From Euprymna scolopes (Eukaryota), in assembly GCA_053919585.1 (NCBI GenBank), contig CM132803.1: a DNA stretch of 64,000 bases; one strand, 5' to 3'. The translations under genes were made by a program, and so were the position numbers. Below the pieces are notes generated by a model. The model was not told the origin of the DNA and searched no databases. It worked only from the letters and a program-made list of their open reading frames with translations. Shown one piece after another: positions 11,101-25,600 of this stretch. How positions within the stretch are numbered: position 1 is the first letter of the stretch; every line of letters begins with the position of its first letter.

Positions 11101-12342
11101 TACATTCACCTTTAGGAAGTTTTACGCGTCTGCATTATTAGCTGCATTTTTGTTGAATACAAATAAAATGTTGTGTAAAAAACAAAACAAAAGAAAAAAC
11201 AACTCTTTATTAACTTGTTTTCATCATATTATCAACATGATTGGGATGATGCGGATTGTTCACATTACATTTAAGCTTCTGCTTATCAGTGCAGTCAGGG
11301 AAGCAGGAAACAGGAAGGGAATTCTAAAGTCTAGCAGTCTGAGAGAAGACTTAACAGTGAAGGGGTGGGATTTTGCTGTTGAGTTAGTTGGGAGTATGTA
11401 TGTCTAGAGGGAAAAATTGCTATGAGTTTATCAGAGTACATTTCATGAAAGTACTTGTAAAACAGGAACAGGGATGCAACATTCTCATCTTATAAGCTAT
11501 TTCGCTCTCTTTTGCTCATCAACATAATTTATAATATAAATTATTAAATCTAATACACATACATAAGAGTAAAGTTAAAGAAAATAAGTTCATTTTATTT
11601 CATATGTATTTATATATTTTGCTCCATTGAAAGGAAATCCGAGGTGCAACTGGTGGTAAGAGACATGAAGAGAGAAACCACATGGCTTCTACTTATCATC
11701 CAGACATGGGACCTTCTCCTCAATCAGACCAAGAAGATCCGTATGCTGAAAGATATGCTAATCATTGTCAAAATGTACCTGGTATGTTTTTCATTTTTAT
11801 CAATTAAGCTTTAAAATCCAGTGTAAAAATTAAAGCTTGAATATAATTCACTTTAAAATATTTATATAAAGATTGATTAAATAAACTAATCTCCGTTTTG
11901 GTCATTTCAGCAAACTTAATTTCCTGTATTCATTTCAGCATCTGAAACATCAGATTATTATGAACCACATTCAGCAGAGAATATTCACGAGGAATACACA
12001 GATATGAAACCTTCATTACAAACATTCATGTCTCCTGGGGATACAAGGACTCTTCCAAGACGGATGTATAAGGCAGATGCTGATCCTAACTCGGACTATA
12101 GGCAGTGGGGTAGTCTGAAGAAGAATGCGGCAGATAGATGCACATCTGAAACGCAGTTGCATTTGCACAATGTTGATGCAGACAATGTTACATGTGAGCC
12201 TCAACAAGAACAAACACAATCAGAAGTAGAAACTATACAAGATGACAAAGAAAAAGAGATAGAAAACATTGAGAATAAAGAAAACATTCAACAAGATTCT
12301 CCACCAAACACTCCAACATCAATGCATTCAATACAAACATAA
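8184..12342 (+). CDS. Pcdh: Protocadherin Pcdh-1, join(8184..10634,11634..11781,11939..12342), about 1000 aa
   Basis: Signal peptide, six cadherin repeats (DxNDNxPxF, DxD, LDxE), Pcdh-type C-x5-C in EC1, TM YLLIVIVLVAVTVAIPITAAISICIL. Acceptor tttcag|8167; GT/AG junctions keep frame (phase 0, then 1) and match all paralogs. Confidence 0.93.
11220..11510 (-). mobile_element. LINE 3'-end fragment (CR1/L2-like), same family as 43950-44390
   Basis: ggaagcaggaaacaggaagggaattctaaagtctagcag matches the reverse complement of ~44190-44240. Confidence 0.55.
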
Positions 12343-13786
12343 AATTACAATCGATTATTGCTTAAGAATATTTTACATACAATTCTCTCTGGGATTTCAG
12401 GATTTAAATTTTTAATTAATATCAGATCTTAGAAATAATCACTCATTTAAATTAATATTCAGTTAGTTTTTATGTTATGTAACTAAAAATGATTAGCCAC
12501 TCAGCATAATTTAAAAAAGAAAAGCTGACACAAGATTTCTTTAAATATTTTATTTTGCTCATCTTTCATCATCTATTGCTTCATAAAAAATAAGAATCTA
12601 CTTCTAATCTTAAATGAAATGTACTTATCACTATTTCATACTATATTATTTGCATTTACTTACATGTAAATACTTTATGACAAATGATCAGTTTAATCTC
12701 CATATAAACAAACGAAAAATAATAATAATCGAGCCAACTCTAAAAATTAGCTTTTAATTATTATTTCTGATATTTCATAAAATACTTTTTATCTACTATT
12801 CTTTGAAGAAATCAAATAATTTACTGTATTGAGATTATTATTATTATTATTATATTATGTGGATTTATTTATGGAATTTCTTCACTGAAAAGCGATCTAT
12901 TTATTTTCACATGAAAAATGAATTAAGAAACAAATGTCTAAATGAGCTTTCTTGATTTTAAAATAGAAATTTAGGAGTTTAAACATCAGAATGTAGCAAT
13001 ATATTAAAAGCTAGGATGAAAAAATTATGAATAAACATTTATTTTATAGCACAATCTTATATAGATACAATGTTTCTATTTTTATAAGAAATAAAAAAGT
13101 GAAACATTACTTTTAATCATTTTTATATGTGAGTTTAAATTTGAAAATAATAAAAAAATATGAGAACTGCAAACAAAAAATCTTTTTTAAATTCTTTCTT
13201 TGGAAAAGATCCAAATTTTTGATAATTTTGAAAATAAAATATATACAAAATCAAGAAAACATGTAAAGATTAACAATAAAATACATGCATTAATAATTTT
13301 TATGAAGCTAAATTATTTTACAAACCGTAAGCAAATATTTGACAAAAGGAGTCAAATCACAACATAAGTGTGATAACGGTAGAGATATCTTTGAAAAACC
13401 GATAATTATAAAATTTAATTAAAAAATGAAATATCTTTTAATTTTAACTTAACATTATTAGCGTTAAAAATCAAACGAAATTATTTTTTTTATCAATTAC
13501 TGATTCAAGCACATCAATAGGAATGTCAACAGAAAAATATTTTCTTCTTATAAAGATGCTTTTAAAAAAATACATTTAAAAAAAATAATATTAAAGAAAA
13601 ATTGATTAATTTAATATTTTATTAATGAATAAAAACTGTTTATTACTTGTTTAAAATATAATTACATTTTATTTATATTTAACTTCAAGAGTCAAACACG
13701 TTGAGCAATGAATATGAAGTTTTATGTGTAAAAATTAAGTAATGTTGGACAAAACAAAGGACATTGCTAGTGGATACACATATTTA

Positions 13787-14480
13787 ATCTATATAAATAA
13801 AACAGTAGATGCATATATGTATGTATACATGTCTGTGTGAAAATATTGAACTGATAAACTCATTTATTTCTTATTCCGTGGAATTTCCACAGGTCCTGCG
13901 AGTTATTATTATTTGACATTATTATGATAGAATGATAGTTTGAAATAAAAATTAGTAATTTAAATAAATGCGATAGAAGTTATGCATGATTATGCCGGAA
14001 GTGACTCATAATTTGATTGATTGATGATGATATAGCAGATCTATACTCATTAATAAAAAGACAAAAAGAAAAAAAATAGTTAAAATAAAGAAAAAGAAGC
14101 AAAAGAGAAAAATCTATATAAATAAAAGAGTAGATGTCTGTGTGTAAATATTTAACCAATAAACTCTTAAACTACTAGTCACATAACACTGAAATTAACA
14201 GGAAATAACAATCATGCACCAAGGATGGTTTATAACGAGTAAAATCTTTGTTTGGATGGATGAATAACGCGTACACAAATATGTCAGCAAGTTTAAATGC
14301 AAAATACTATTTCAACTTGTTGACATATTTCTATTACTTTTGTGTATGTGTTAATTCATTCATAGCTTTAAGTGGTTTAATTTTAAATCTTTCTCATCTG
14401 CCAATAGGTCAAATGGTAGGGAACATGGCTGGAGCATTAAATGTTTTAGTTTCAATTCTAGCTGATAGCACCCAAGCCAT
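13787..14480 (+). mobile_element. Helitron-like fragments (duplicated TCTATATAAATAAAA 5' ends) with a degenerate tRNA-like segment at ~14403-14470
   Basis: aatctatataaataaaa(c/g)agtagatg occurs at ~13787 and ~14111. The tRNA-like segment resembles the reverse complement of 25888-25954. Confidence 0.4.
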
Positions 14481-14609
14481 TTAAAAAAAATCTTTTGAAA
14501 TCAGTACTATAAATTAGGTACAATATAATATTCGATAGAGAATTGGTTCTGTAATAATAAATACAACATCTGCATGAATTAAAATATATTTCTTATCTCC
14601 CCCCCTCTC

Positions 14610-14684
<75 letters not shown>

Positions 14685-15002
14685 AAATAAAAGGTAGAAA
14701 AAATAATTTTATTAATTTTTGTATAAGTTAAAAAAATTGATTTTTAAAAGATAAATGAAATCGTTTTTATTTTTGGCTGCTAAATTTTATATTTGCTGTA
14801 TAGAATATCATTTTTTTATGTAAATATGTAAAAATAAATTTAACAAAATTATATTTGGTTTTTATAATTTAAAAGAAATGTTTATGTAAAAATTAACTGA
14901 ATCAGTTTTCTTAATAATGACACAAAGAGTTTGAACCTGAAATCTAATCTTTATTCACTTTTTTAAATAATTCAAGCATGTCTTAAGTAAAATAGAAACA
15001 AC

Positions 15003-15327
15003 AAAATACTTGCCTTTCTCTTGATAATTCGTTTGCTTTGTTAGCCATTAGCTCTAGTTGCCATCATGCACAAAGCAGACTTTGGAGGACTGTGACTTTC
15101 TTTCTCTTTCACATATGAGCACTAACCCACATCCACACATTAACATACACTATTTGTAACATGCACACATGTACACATTGTGTGCTCAAAAGGAGGCTAA
15201 CATTGTCTTCATACAATAGCATCATCAGCAGCAGTAGCAGCTAAGCTGTACACCAGGATACAAATACGCATCTTTCTCTTCATACTGCTTCATTTCTGCT
15301 CTCTGCTTCATCAATACAACATTGCAG
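15003..15327 (+). promoter_or_regulatory. Putative promoter and non-coding exon 1 of Pcdh-2 (donor after 15327)
   Basis: Paralog of 1241-1554; ends CAACATTGCAG|GTTGGT. Confidence 0.75.
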
Positions 15328-17459
15328 GTTGGTTGACATTAACATTTTTATAACTTTATTTTTTTAATTTCTATCTTTTATTTGTTTTATGACAGATTAA
15401 CAACAATTGAATACACTAAGGATTTTCTTTATACAAATTCAATCAGTTTTCTTGCATAGAAAATTCTAACTTTGACATTTTCACAATTTAATCAATTCAC
15501 GTTTTTACAATCAACGTACAACATGTAAAATGACTCATGCATTTGGCATGTTTATTTGAAATGTTATATTGATATTATTTTAAAGCTTTTCAAAATGTGT
15601 TTATACAAGGAATATTTCTTTTTTAAATATGATAAATTTAAAGGGAATTTATTTCAAATTCAATTATATGTTTCTTCTATAACACAGTATTTTGCTATAA
15701 GACAGCACCATATCTAGAAACCTAAATGTCTTGTTATAGACAATAACTCTTGAGTCCTCATCCCTGAGTAAATTTTATTTACACCATTCCAATGAAAATA
15801 TTCTATTAGATAAAAGCAAATACATCAAATGTAATCTTCCTCTATTTTAAAGTATATCTGTTTATTAGCAATGATTGGACTGTGAGACTTCTTTTATAGA
15901 TTTTCTATCATATCATTATTATTATTATTATTATTGTGTAATAGGACCATTTAAAAATCAAGAAACCTCTCAATTATATCATGCTAATAAAAAAAAATTA
16001 AATTTGAAATTATGGAAAATAGCATTTTAAATATTGTTTTGAGTCACTCATGGTAATAAAAATTTAATGAATTAATAATTTATTTAATTTTAATTTAACT
16101 TTATTTATTACTAATATTGCTTGGGAGTATTTAAAGTCTATTTTTATTTATTCTAGTACCAAAATAATATTAGATAAGTTGACCTGTCCATTGTTGTTGC
16201 ATGACACTCTCATATGTGTATTGTGGTGGGTTTCATTTTGTGAGAAAATTTATTTTTCTTTTAAAAATAAGATTGTTCAAAGTTTGTTCGAAAAAAGGAA
16301 CTAATGACTTATGAAGAAGATTATGAAATTGAACAGAAAACAACAAGGAATTTTTTAAAACTAAATTCAGCATAAAGATATTTTAGAATATTATATAAGC
16401 ATCAATGTCATTGTCATGGATTATATTTACATGTTATTAGTTTAATATATAATTAAATTAACCTTTTCAATAGTACTTATTTCTATTAAAATCATGGAAA
16501 AAATTTTCATAGTTAAAAAAAAAAAAATGGTAAAATTATAGCCCTACATACTATGTAAATGCTTTTGACCTTTTTTTCAGAGAGGTAAACAGCCTCATAA
16601 ACCTGGGGTAAATATAAAGGACTTAGAGTAGGGGATCAGTTTTGCCTATAAACTTAACATAAAATGATTAACTATTTCCAGGTCACCAGATGGTAATTAA
16701 TTGTATTTATCACTTAAATAAGTAGGTATTATGGAAAAACTGGAACTTTACACCCCATTTTTAAAAGACATAAAAGCATGCCCTTCCTTAACCTTATCAC
16801 TAACCTCAAGTATGGGTGGCAATATGAATAAAATTTTCTTTTTATAAGGACAGAAACCATGAGAACGACATTAGTGTAATGGGGCTGTTAAAAGTTAATT
16901 AACAGACTGCTGAATGAGTAAAAGTCAATTTTGGCCTCTTAACAGTAATTATTTTATTTATAACATATTTACTATGTATTTTAAGCAGAATTACTGTTTC
17001 CAAGAAATTAAGAAAATTACCAATAATTCAAAGTAAACAAATAAAAAATTGGTTACTAAATATATATTTTAAATGCCATCTTGTTTTCAATTCATATGTT
17101 AAACTGATCCTCATTCTAATGTCAAAAATATATTTTTTTATTATTTATTTTTATTATCATGTTTTTCAGGTTGTTTATATGTGATTGCCTGATAAAAGTA
17201 GAATCTTATTTTAATTTTTGGATGAAGTAGAATAGGTAACAGATTTACAATAATACATTGTAAACATTATTATTAGTATTTAATAAGACAAACTTATGCA
17301 AAACTGATTTCCCAGTTTAAAATCTTAAATAACTTTTTTACATTTAATTTTGGCATTAAGTTTTTCAGGCTGCTTAAAAGTAGAATTTAATTCTCTTATT
17401 TGATGAATTAGTATTATGTGTAGGGTTTCTATAATAAACAGTATTATTATTGAAATGTA

Positions 17460-19800
17460 ATAAAATTTGGGCAGGGAGAGATTGAATCTCGGGTAAGGAG
17501 TGCACCATTCACTTGCTCGTTCAGAGCAAATGCAATGCCATGATGTCCAGAGTTGTAGGTAGGATCGCTGTAGTAGATATGATATGACATATCTGCTTGC
17601 GGGACTTTGACGAATCTACTGCTTGTGTTTACAAATTTGACTTCTGAAAGGCAGGCGACATTGATCTTGTACTGATGGAAGGCAAGAACTGTGAGTGCTT
17701 GCATTTCTCCACACATCATTGTTCAGACATTCCAGCATACAAAGTTATAGAGTTAATGGTGATGAAATAGTCCAGCTTAATGATTTGACACTCACAGTAC
17801 TGGGAGAGTGCGTCGGACCCTGAGGACGCTGTAGTGGATGTTGTATTCATAGTATGTGGTGGATTCATTGAAGTGAGTCTACGTCCCCACTCTCGATACT
17901 GACAATGACATTAAGTGATGCTTTTTATAATAGTCTCCCGGCTGTTATCGCTAAAATTTCATCACAAAATTTTATGGTAGTCGCAGATGATTTCAATGCC
18001 TGCATAGGTGTTGGAAATACTAATACAGGACACATCATTGGCCAGTTTGCGATCTGGAATTGCTGCTCAAATAGAGAACGTTGCATTGGTTTTGCAGGTT
18101 TCAATCTCAAGCATCTATTTTCAAAATTCCAGACACCACCTCATGACTTGGTACTCTAGCAATAGCGTCACTCAGAACCAAATCAACCACATCCTCATCA
18201 AATCTTGCTGGATATCTAGTATGTTCAACTATTTTGTGCATCATGGGACAGAAAAGGCAATGACACGGATCATGTCATAGAATGTGCAAAACTACATCTC
18301 ATTGGCTGCTAAAATATGATGTATTGCAGCTCAAATATGAAGCTACTCAAAACTCTTTGCGAATCCATCTATCCAAGCATTTCGACGGTCTTGAAGCACT
18401 TCAACCAACTAACATAAATGTCAATGTAAAGAAAATAACACAGACTCTTGGCACCACCAAAAAACATGTCAAAGATTGGATATCCGGCTGCAGAATTGAA
18501 CTTGCAAATTGAACAAAACAGATTCAATGTTTCAGCTTTGATATCTTCTGCCAACTGCACCATGAAAGCGCCTGCTTTACAGGAGTTGATCGCAACATTT
18601 ACTGACAAAAAAAATTGCTGAAAACATGGAGCAAGCCTCATCAGTTGGTGACACAAGAAAGTTGAACAGTATTCTTCAATCAACCACAAAGCCATTTAAG
18701 GGCAGTGACGAAGTAGTCTTTAATCAGCAAGGTGAGCCTATCACAAACCTTGATGAATGCCTTCAATATTGAAATGATCACTTTGCATCGCTGCTTAACC
18801 ATTTCAGTCAAACCTCTCAGATACCAACTGTTCTTTCTACAGTTTATGACTGTGTCACCCCACCCCCACCCCCCAACCTATGGATGAAATCCTGGATCCT
18901 GGACATTATCAAAAATCTGAAAAAACAATAAGACAGAGATGATGGTTTTTCACTGCACTAAAGTTTGCATTTATGGTCAGGAGTCACGCTTCTTTGACAT
19001 TCACTTTGATGTCTGATTAAGATGCAGTCTTCATATATGCTATCACCTGGATCACATTGAACAACCCGGCCAACTTTCCAGGCGTAACAGTAAATCATGG
19101 TTTAGAAAATATCAGATCTCAACTATACAGACAATATTACCATATTGGGTTAAAGCTTCGCTCACATTCAATCGACCATTGATGAGATGTAATCTTAGGC
19201 ATCAAAGATTGATGTAAAAATAAATGCCAATAAGACAAAGATACTGACAGCAGTTATCTTTCCAAATGAAATGCAGCCGGTTGTCCTTGACATAGAAACC
19301 CTTAAAGAGGTCAATTGGTTTAAATACCTTGGCTCCATCATTACTGCAATAGATCAAGGGGAAGACAACATCCTCAACTATTTCAGCAATGCTTGCACTG
19401 CCTTCTGTCAACTTTGATTGTGGCTACAAACTGGAGGTGTTCCACCATCATTACCTACGCCACATTTCCCATTTGGCAACAGTTTGTCTCCAACAGTACA
19501 GTTTGCGCTTGCTCCTTGCCAGATGCTTTCATTGATTTGGCTGTGCCCTTTGATGATGTCCAAATGACTTTATTCATAAAGTCATTAACCCAACATCACC
19601 ACCACACTGGTGAAGCAGGATGCTGAACAGATTCTAGGCCCTTATCTTTATAGGGTCCATTTCTGGAACTGCGAATGTTCATAACAGAAGCAACCTTGGA
19701 TTGCCATGCCTGGTCAGCAAGTATTCAGAATGTGGTGAACTTGTCGGAAAGGGACGGCCCAACTGGTCCAGGGCGAATACCATAACCACAAGCAAAAAAG
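17460..19800 (+). mobile_element. Decayed RTE-like LINE with an inverted 5' segment (17460-~17875 on the minus strand)
   Basis: Minus strand: APE N-terminus (WNV, INVACLSEV, HGIAFAL). Plus strand: YVPT, VADDFNA, QINHILI, degenerate YADD (YTDNI), KINANKTK, FKYLGS, EVFHHHYLRHI. Many stops and frameshifts. Confidence 0.8.
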
Positions 19801-20032
19801 GACATATTACTTCCTCATCAATATACACAGCAGATATATTGTTTAATTATTTCTTATTATTATTACTGACATCTGCATTGAAGCAAGGTTAATCATTATG
19901 TTTCTAACTGTTTATATAAAAAAAGCTAAAAAAACAAAAACAATGCATGAAATATGACCACCTGTAAGAAAATAATACAAATCACAAATGTTCAAGTTCA
20001 ATACATATACAGTCTTATGCTTTATTTTATCA

Positions 20033-20501
20033 CTAGCCGGATCCGTTTCTGACGCTGCCCAGGGTAATATAAACTAAAAAGAAAATATTAAGTATTCTTT
20101 TTAAATGAATGTATCCATTTTTATGACGTGGTCAGTAGGGACCTCCATTGCAATGTCATAATTTGTGAGTACTTTACAAAGTTGTTTATAGGTATTGTTT
20201 ATTTACAGATTAATCAAAAGCGTAAAATATAAATAATGGAAATAACGTCTAATAATCAGAAAAAAATAAGAAACGTTTACTCAAAATTCTATGGTTAATA
20301 ATGTTTCAAAAATGAATTATTTTCTAAAATGTTTTTTTTACATTGCAATTCAAAAAATTATAGTATATATAAATGAGATTGGCGTATGTATTAAGCAGTA
20401 ATATGTAGAAAGGCAAATACAAATTTAGCTTCATGCGAAGAAATTAACCTCTTAATAAAAAGAAACAATGATTTTTGGTTTCCATTTTGGTAATATAGAG
20501 A
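20033..20501 (-). mobile_element. Non-autonomous Helitron-like element
   Basis: Plus strand a|CTAGCCGGATCC...GCCCAGGG at the left end and ...TATAGAGA|t at the right end, which is TC...CTAG on the minus strand in an AT target. Confidence 0.5.
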
Positions 20502-21071
20502 TTAAATATGTGCTGGTTATTTGGATGTTAATATAGTTAAGATAGGTGGTAAAAAAAATGCATCAGAAGTCTTAGTTTATTTTGTATAAGAATTCATCTT
20601 TATATATTTATAAGAATTTTGTGTACATTAAAAAATTAGATGCCGCAACAGGTAAAAGAATGAGATACATGAGATTTAAAAAATATTTTTATAATTGCAG
20701 ATTCAAAATATAAGAATCCATATGGGTTGGAAACAAATTGAATAAAAGCATTAATTATTCAATAGTATGATTCTTGTTGACATTGCTAATAAATTAATCT
20801 ACAGAGAAAAAGTGTCCTTGTTTCTCTTTATATTGAAGAGTATCTCAAGTATTACGTTCAACTTAAGTTTTTAAGTTTGTAGATTATAAGGAAAATAAGT
20901 ATTTGCTTAGAATCTTATTCTATTTTTGCTGTTTTTAATATATGGACAAGATATATTGTAATAGAATTATTAACCTATATGAAAGGAATTCACATTGATA
21001 TTAAATTATTTATATATAAAGTGGTAGGTTATAAAACGAATATTGCTTGATATGAAAAGATAAATCTTCTA

Positions 21072-22308
21072 TCTATATAATAAAGTAAAGTCAATTTTCC
21101 CTTTGTTCATCAGTCATTATAGGTCTGTAAACAGAAGTGATATATACAATTCCGTTGATGCATACTTTCAGAAAATATGCATCCATTTTGTTTGCTTTCA
21201 GTAATTCTACATTTTTTCAGTTTGCCTGATATTTCTGGAATAATCAACTAGAATTGGCTAACACTAAACAACAATTGAAATTTAAATATGACGTTTCATA
21301 TTTAATAATAGCAATTATTACAATGAACTGTGCTGTATTCTGATCAAAAACGTTTCCTTTCTTTCACTCTTTGCTTTTTTTTTTCTTCTTCTTTGCATTG
21401 TTCGTTTTTTAAATGGTATTCGGTTATTCAATAATATTCTATAATAGAAGAGAAACAAGAGAAAATTCATATATGGAAATGAAGACATTTGTTTTCTTTT
21501 CTTAGAAGTGGGGTCCATTAAAATAGTAAAAAGAAAATTATTTTTAAAAATATATCCACCTTAGTTATTTGTCTAACTTTTAGCCAACAACTATTATTAC
21601 AAGGTATCTTTTTCAGTATTTTTTTTTACCCACTCTGACAGAAGTTAAGCACATGGTCAACTTTACATTTCCTGGTAGGGGCACCTCATGCAATTAGCTA
21701 TAAACTAACAAAAATTGTAGGTATAAGCTGGGAGGGTGGACCTCAAGGAGTAAGCAAAAATTAGCAACAAAACCGGTGCCACACTGTCCCTTAAACCAAC
21801 TACTAATCCTAAATCCACATTACAAAAAAAAAAAAATTCAATAAAATAAATTATTTGCTAAATCCACAAATTCATAAAACAAATTAGTATTACTGATATA
21901 AATTGTTTTAAATGAAAATTAATATTTAATAAAAGTTATAAGACGTTTATGAACAGTTCTTTATTTGTTTTTTTACAAAACGCACACAAAAAAAAAAAAA
22001 ACTACGATTAACCTTAGGTTCATGTGGTAAGAAAACAACTGCGAATAAAAATGAACAAGCACATTCATAATGAATTTTTAATCCTGGCTCAAAACTTGAA
22101 AAAATTGCTTATATTTACAAACAAAATTTTTTATAAAAATAATTATTTATTATCTGCATATAAAAAAGCATGTTAAATCCTATTTTAATCAACTACAGTA
22201 CAGTGAAATGGGTTCTTTTGATTTTATTTTATTTGCACAATTGATACCTCTAATAAAATTGATATGTAAAACTTTTCCTGGGCAATACGGGGACATAAAT
22301 CTTACTGG
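21072..22308 (+). mobile_element. Possible non-autonomous Helitron-like element
   Basis: a|TCTATATAATAAA 5' end; GC-rich subterminal cctgggcaatacggg then CTGG|t. Pairing of the two ends is inferred. Confidence 0.4.
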
Positions 22309-22675
22309 TTATATAATTATTATAAGCTATAAAATATAAAAACTATGTACAAATTTTTAATAACTTCTTTGTTAGAAACAACTCTCTTTGTCATAATTTA
22401 TTATATAAAGATGCTGCTCAAGAAATTGTTTCCATCATTTTGTCTTTAAATAATTGTTTGACATTGTAAAAACCTTTTAAGTTATTTTCTTTTCAATTTC
22501 AAGTAAAGTATTTTAAATCTAACAAAGTTTATTTGTTAGATTTAAAAATGATTAATTTTTGTAAGATTCAAGATTCATATTAACATTGGAGGCTTATTCA
22601 ATTTGCATGTATGACCTAGGGACACCTAACCTAAAATGTGTCTTTTTTTTTCAGGAAAAAACAAAATAAATAAAA

Positions 22676-25600
22676 ATGATAAAACACAACACAACTGTAA
22701 ACATGATTATGATGATGCTGTATTTCTTCACATCTGTCATACATTTGATTCAAAGTGAAGACCTGAGATACAATATAAATGAGGGAAAAAGTCCAGGAAC
22801 TTACCTTGGTGACATTGCTTCAGACTCTCATATCATGGATGACATTTCTTTGGAAAATAGAAGACTGATCACTTTCAACCAATTATTACAAGAAATAACA
22901 GGCACTTCACAGTTGTTCCATGTCTCTCGGAAGAAAGGAAAACTTTTCACTTCACAGACATTGGATGCTGAATCTCTTTGTACCTACAATACAGAATGTT
23001 TCCAAATGGTGGATGTGGCTGTACGACAAGGAAAGACATTCTTGAAGATTATTAAAATTAAAATAATTATAAATGATGTCAATGATAATAAACCAGAATT
23101 TCCAGAAAAAGAAATTCATTTGGAATTCATGGAAGGTGTAAAGAAAGGATTTCAAAAATCTATTTCTAATGCAAAAGATAAAGACATTAGTATTTTGAAC
23201 TCCAAGGTTACATATGAATTAAGAGAACAAAATAATCAACCTTTTTCTTTATCAATTCAAAAAACACCTTTCGGAACTCCAAAACTAAGCATTGTGGTTA
23301 AAGAAGAAGTAGACAGAGAAGAAAAAGATTCATACATGTTACAAGTTATTGCTAGAGATGGTGGATCTCCACCAAAAGAAAATGTTCTAGATATTCACAT
23401 TGCAGTGAAAGACTTCAATGATAATGCACCTGTTTTTAGCAAAGATATTTATAATGTTTCCATTAATAACCAAGAATATGGTGATAAGCCTTTTGTTACG
23501 GTTTTAGCAACAGATTTGGACGAAGGTGAAAATGGAAAAGTTTCTTATTATATCAGCACAGAAACTTCAGAAAACATAAAGAGTCATTTTAAAATAAATG
23601 ATTTATCAGGGGAAGTATTTTTAACCAACAAACTGCCTTCAAATCGTAAAAAAGTTTATAAATTATTTATTGGTGCAAAAGATGGTGGCAATCCTCCACT
23701 AAATGGACTTGCAGGTATATTAGTAAATGTAATTAATACAGAAAATCGGCCACCAAAGATTTTTGTAACTTTCATGTCGGAATCGACTGACAAGATCGCA
23801 ACCATTTCAGAAGATACTGAGATTGGCAGTTTTATTGCTTATGTTAAAGTGACTGACCCTGATGCTGGACAAAATGGACAGGTCAACTGTGAGTTGCACC
23901 ATGATAAATTTCGTTTACAGAAATTAAAATCCAAAGAATACAAAGTGACATTGAAACACAAAGTTGACAGAGAAATGCAAGAGCACCATGATGTTACAAT
24001 CAGCTGCAAAGATGAAGGATCTCCTCCACAACACAGTGATAGCAAGTTCTCCATCAAAGTCAAAGATGTCAATGATGTAAGACCACAATTTACAAAAGAT
24101 ACATTTAAATTCTCTGTGTTTGAGAATGAAAGTCCAAAGACGTCAGTTGGTTCTATCAATGCCACTGATCCTGATCTGGGAGCTGGCAGTAGACTCACAT
24201 ATTCTTTGCTTACGAAAAATGAAGACTTCCTACCTTTCAAGATAACCAGTGATGGCTTGATTTCAACAATCATGTCTCTTGACCATGAGTTCAAAGACAT
24301 TTATAAATTCAACGTTTTAGTGAAAGATAATGGAAACCCTCCACTTGATAATAGCGTCAATGTCATTGTGCAGATTGAAGATAAAAATGATAATGCTCCA
24401 TATTTTACCTTTCCCAGTGTGAATCCTTTCAATCTCGATGTCAAATATCATCCACATCATACAAAGAACATCACTCTTCTCAAGGCTGCCGACAGTGACA
24501 GTCAAGAGAATGCATTTCTCAAATATGAAATAACTGCAGGCAACGATAAACAGTTGTTTGCCATCAATCATTATACTGGATTGTTGTCTTTCACTCGCTT
24601 ACTTGGCCATCAAGATGCTGGCTCCTATCACCTGCAGTTTATGGTCAAGGATAGTGGTAGTCCAGTTTTATCTGCAAAGACATCAGTCTTTTTGACATTG
24701 ACAGTTAGTAACAATACCGCAGATATCTTAAATGCTGCCTATACGCACACTGATATCAAGATCCACCAGTATTTACTCATTGTCATTGTGTTGGTTGCAG
24801 TCACCGTTGCTATACCAATTACTGCTGCAATTTCCATCTGCATCCTTCGTTGCATTGATACCAGAAGTGTTGCACAAGCACATCCATTGGCTGACTCTTC
24901 CAGCAAATATTATCCCGAACAGGCACATGCAATGCATCCGTCTTACCAGACTACTTATTGGTCTGGTGTGTCTGTTGCTGTGCGAGCAGAACAAGATGTG
25001 CTTTGTAGAACTCTACCGGGAAGAGGCAGAAGGCCACAACATCGTGCAGATGTTACAAATGATGGACGGAGAAGTTCAGCATTGGGAATCAAAGTGCAGA
25101 CGGCTACTGAGGTCATCTATGAGGTAGGAATTCATTTTCAATTTTCACTTACAAATAATTGTACCTACCCAGCATTGCATTGGATTCTTTTCTCTTGTTC
25201 ATTAAATAAAAGATTTTATACTATAAAAAGTTACTTTTGAAATAACATTTTACAGATAACTTACAAAAACTTGAAATTCCTCTTCAAATATAAAGTAATA
25301 ATTTTTGTTTAAATTTTTTTAAAACCATCTGTATTCACACACATACATGATTGTCTAACTTTGTCACAAATAATGCAATGTCATCTACTTTATATTTATG
25401 CTAATCCTTCTCTTTTTTTATAAAGATTTCTTTATTTTTTCTTAATTTTAGTGTTTGAAAATGTTTTGTGAAGACAGATATGACTAATCTGATTTCATAA
25501 TCAGAGAATGTCCAACTACCTTGTTCATAAACAATTAGTCAATCATGAGTGTGTGTGTATACATACAAATTACTTTCTTTTATAATTTGCTCATTGTCTC

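Noticed and set aside
12004-12342. Stand-alone 112-146 aa ORFs (MKPSLQTF...) as separate genes or as vertebrate-style shared constant exons
   Set aside because: Each is the last exon of its own upstream Pcdh, with an in-frame acceptor, and every gene has its own copy.
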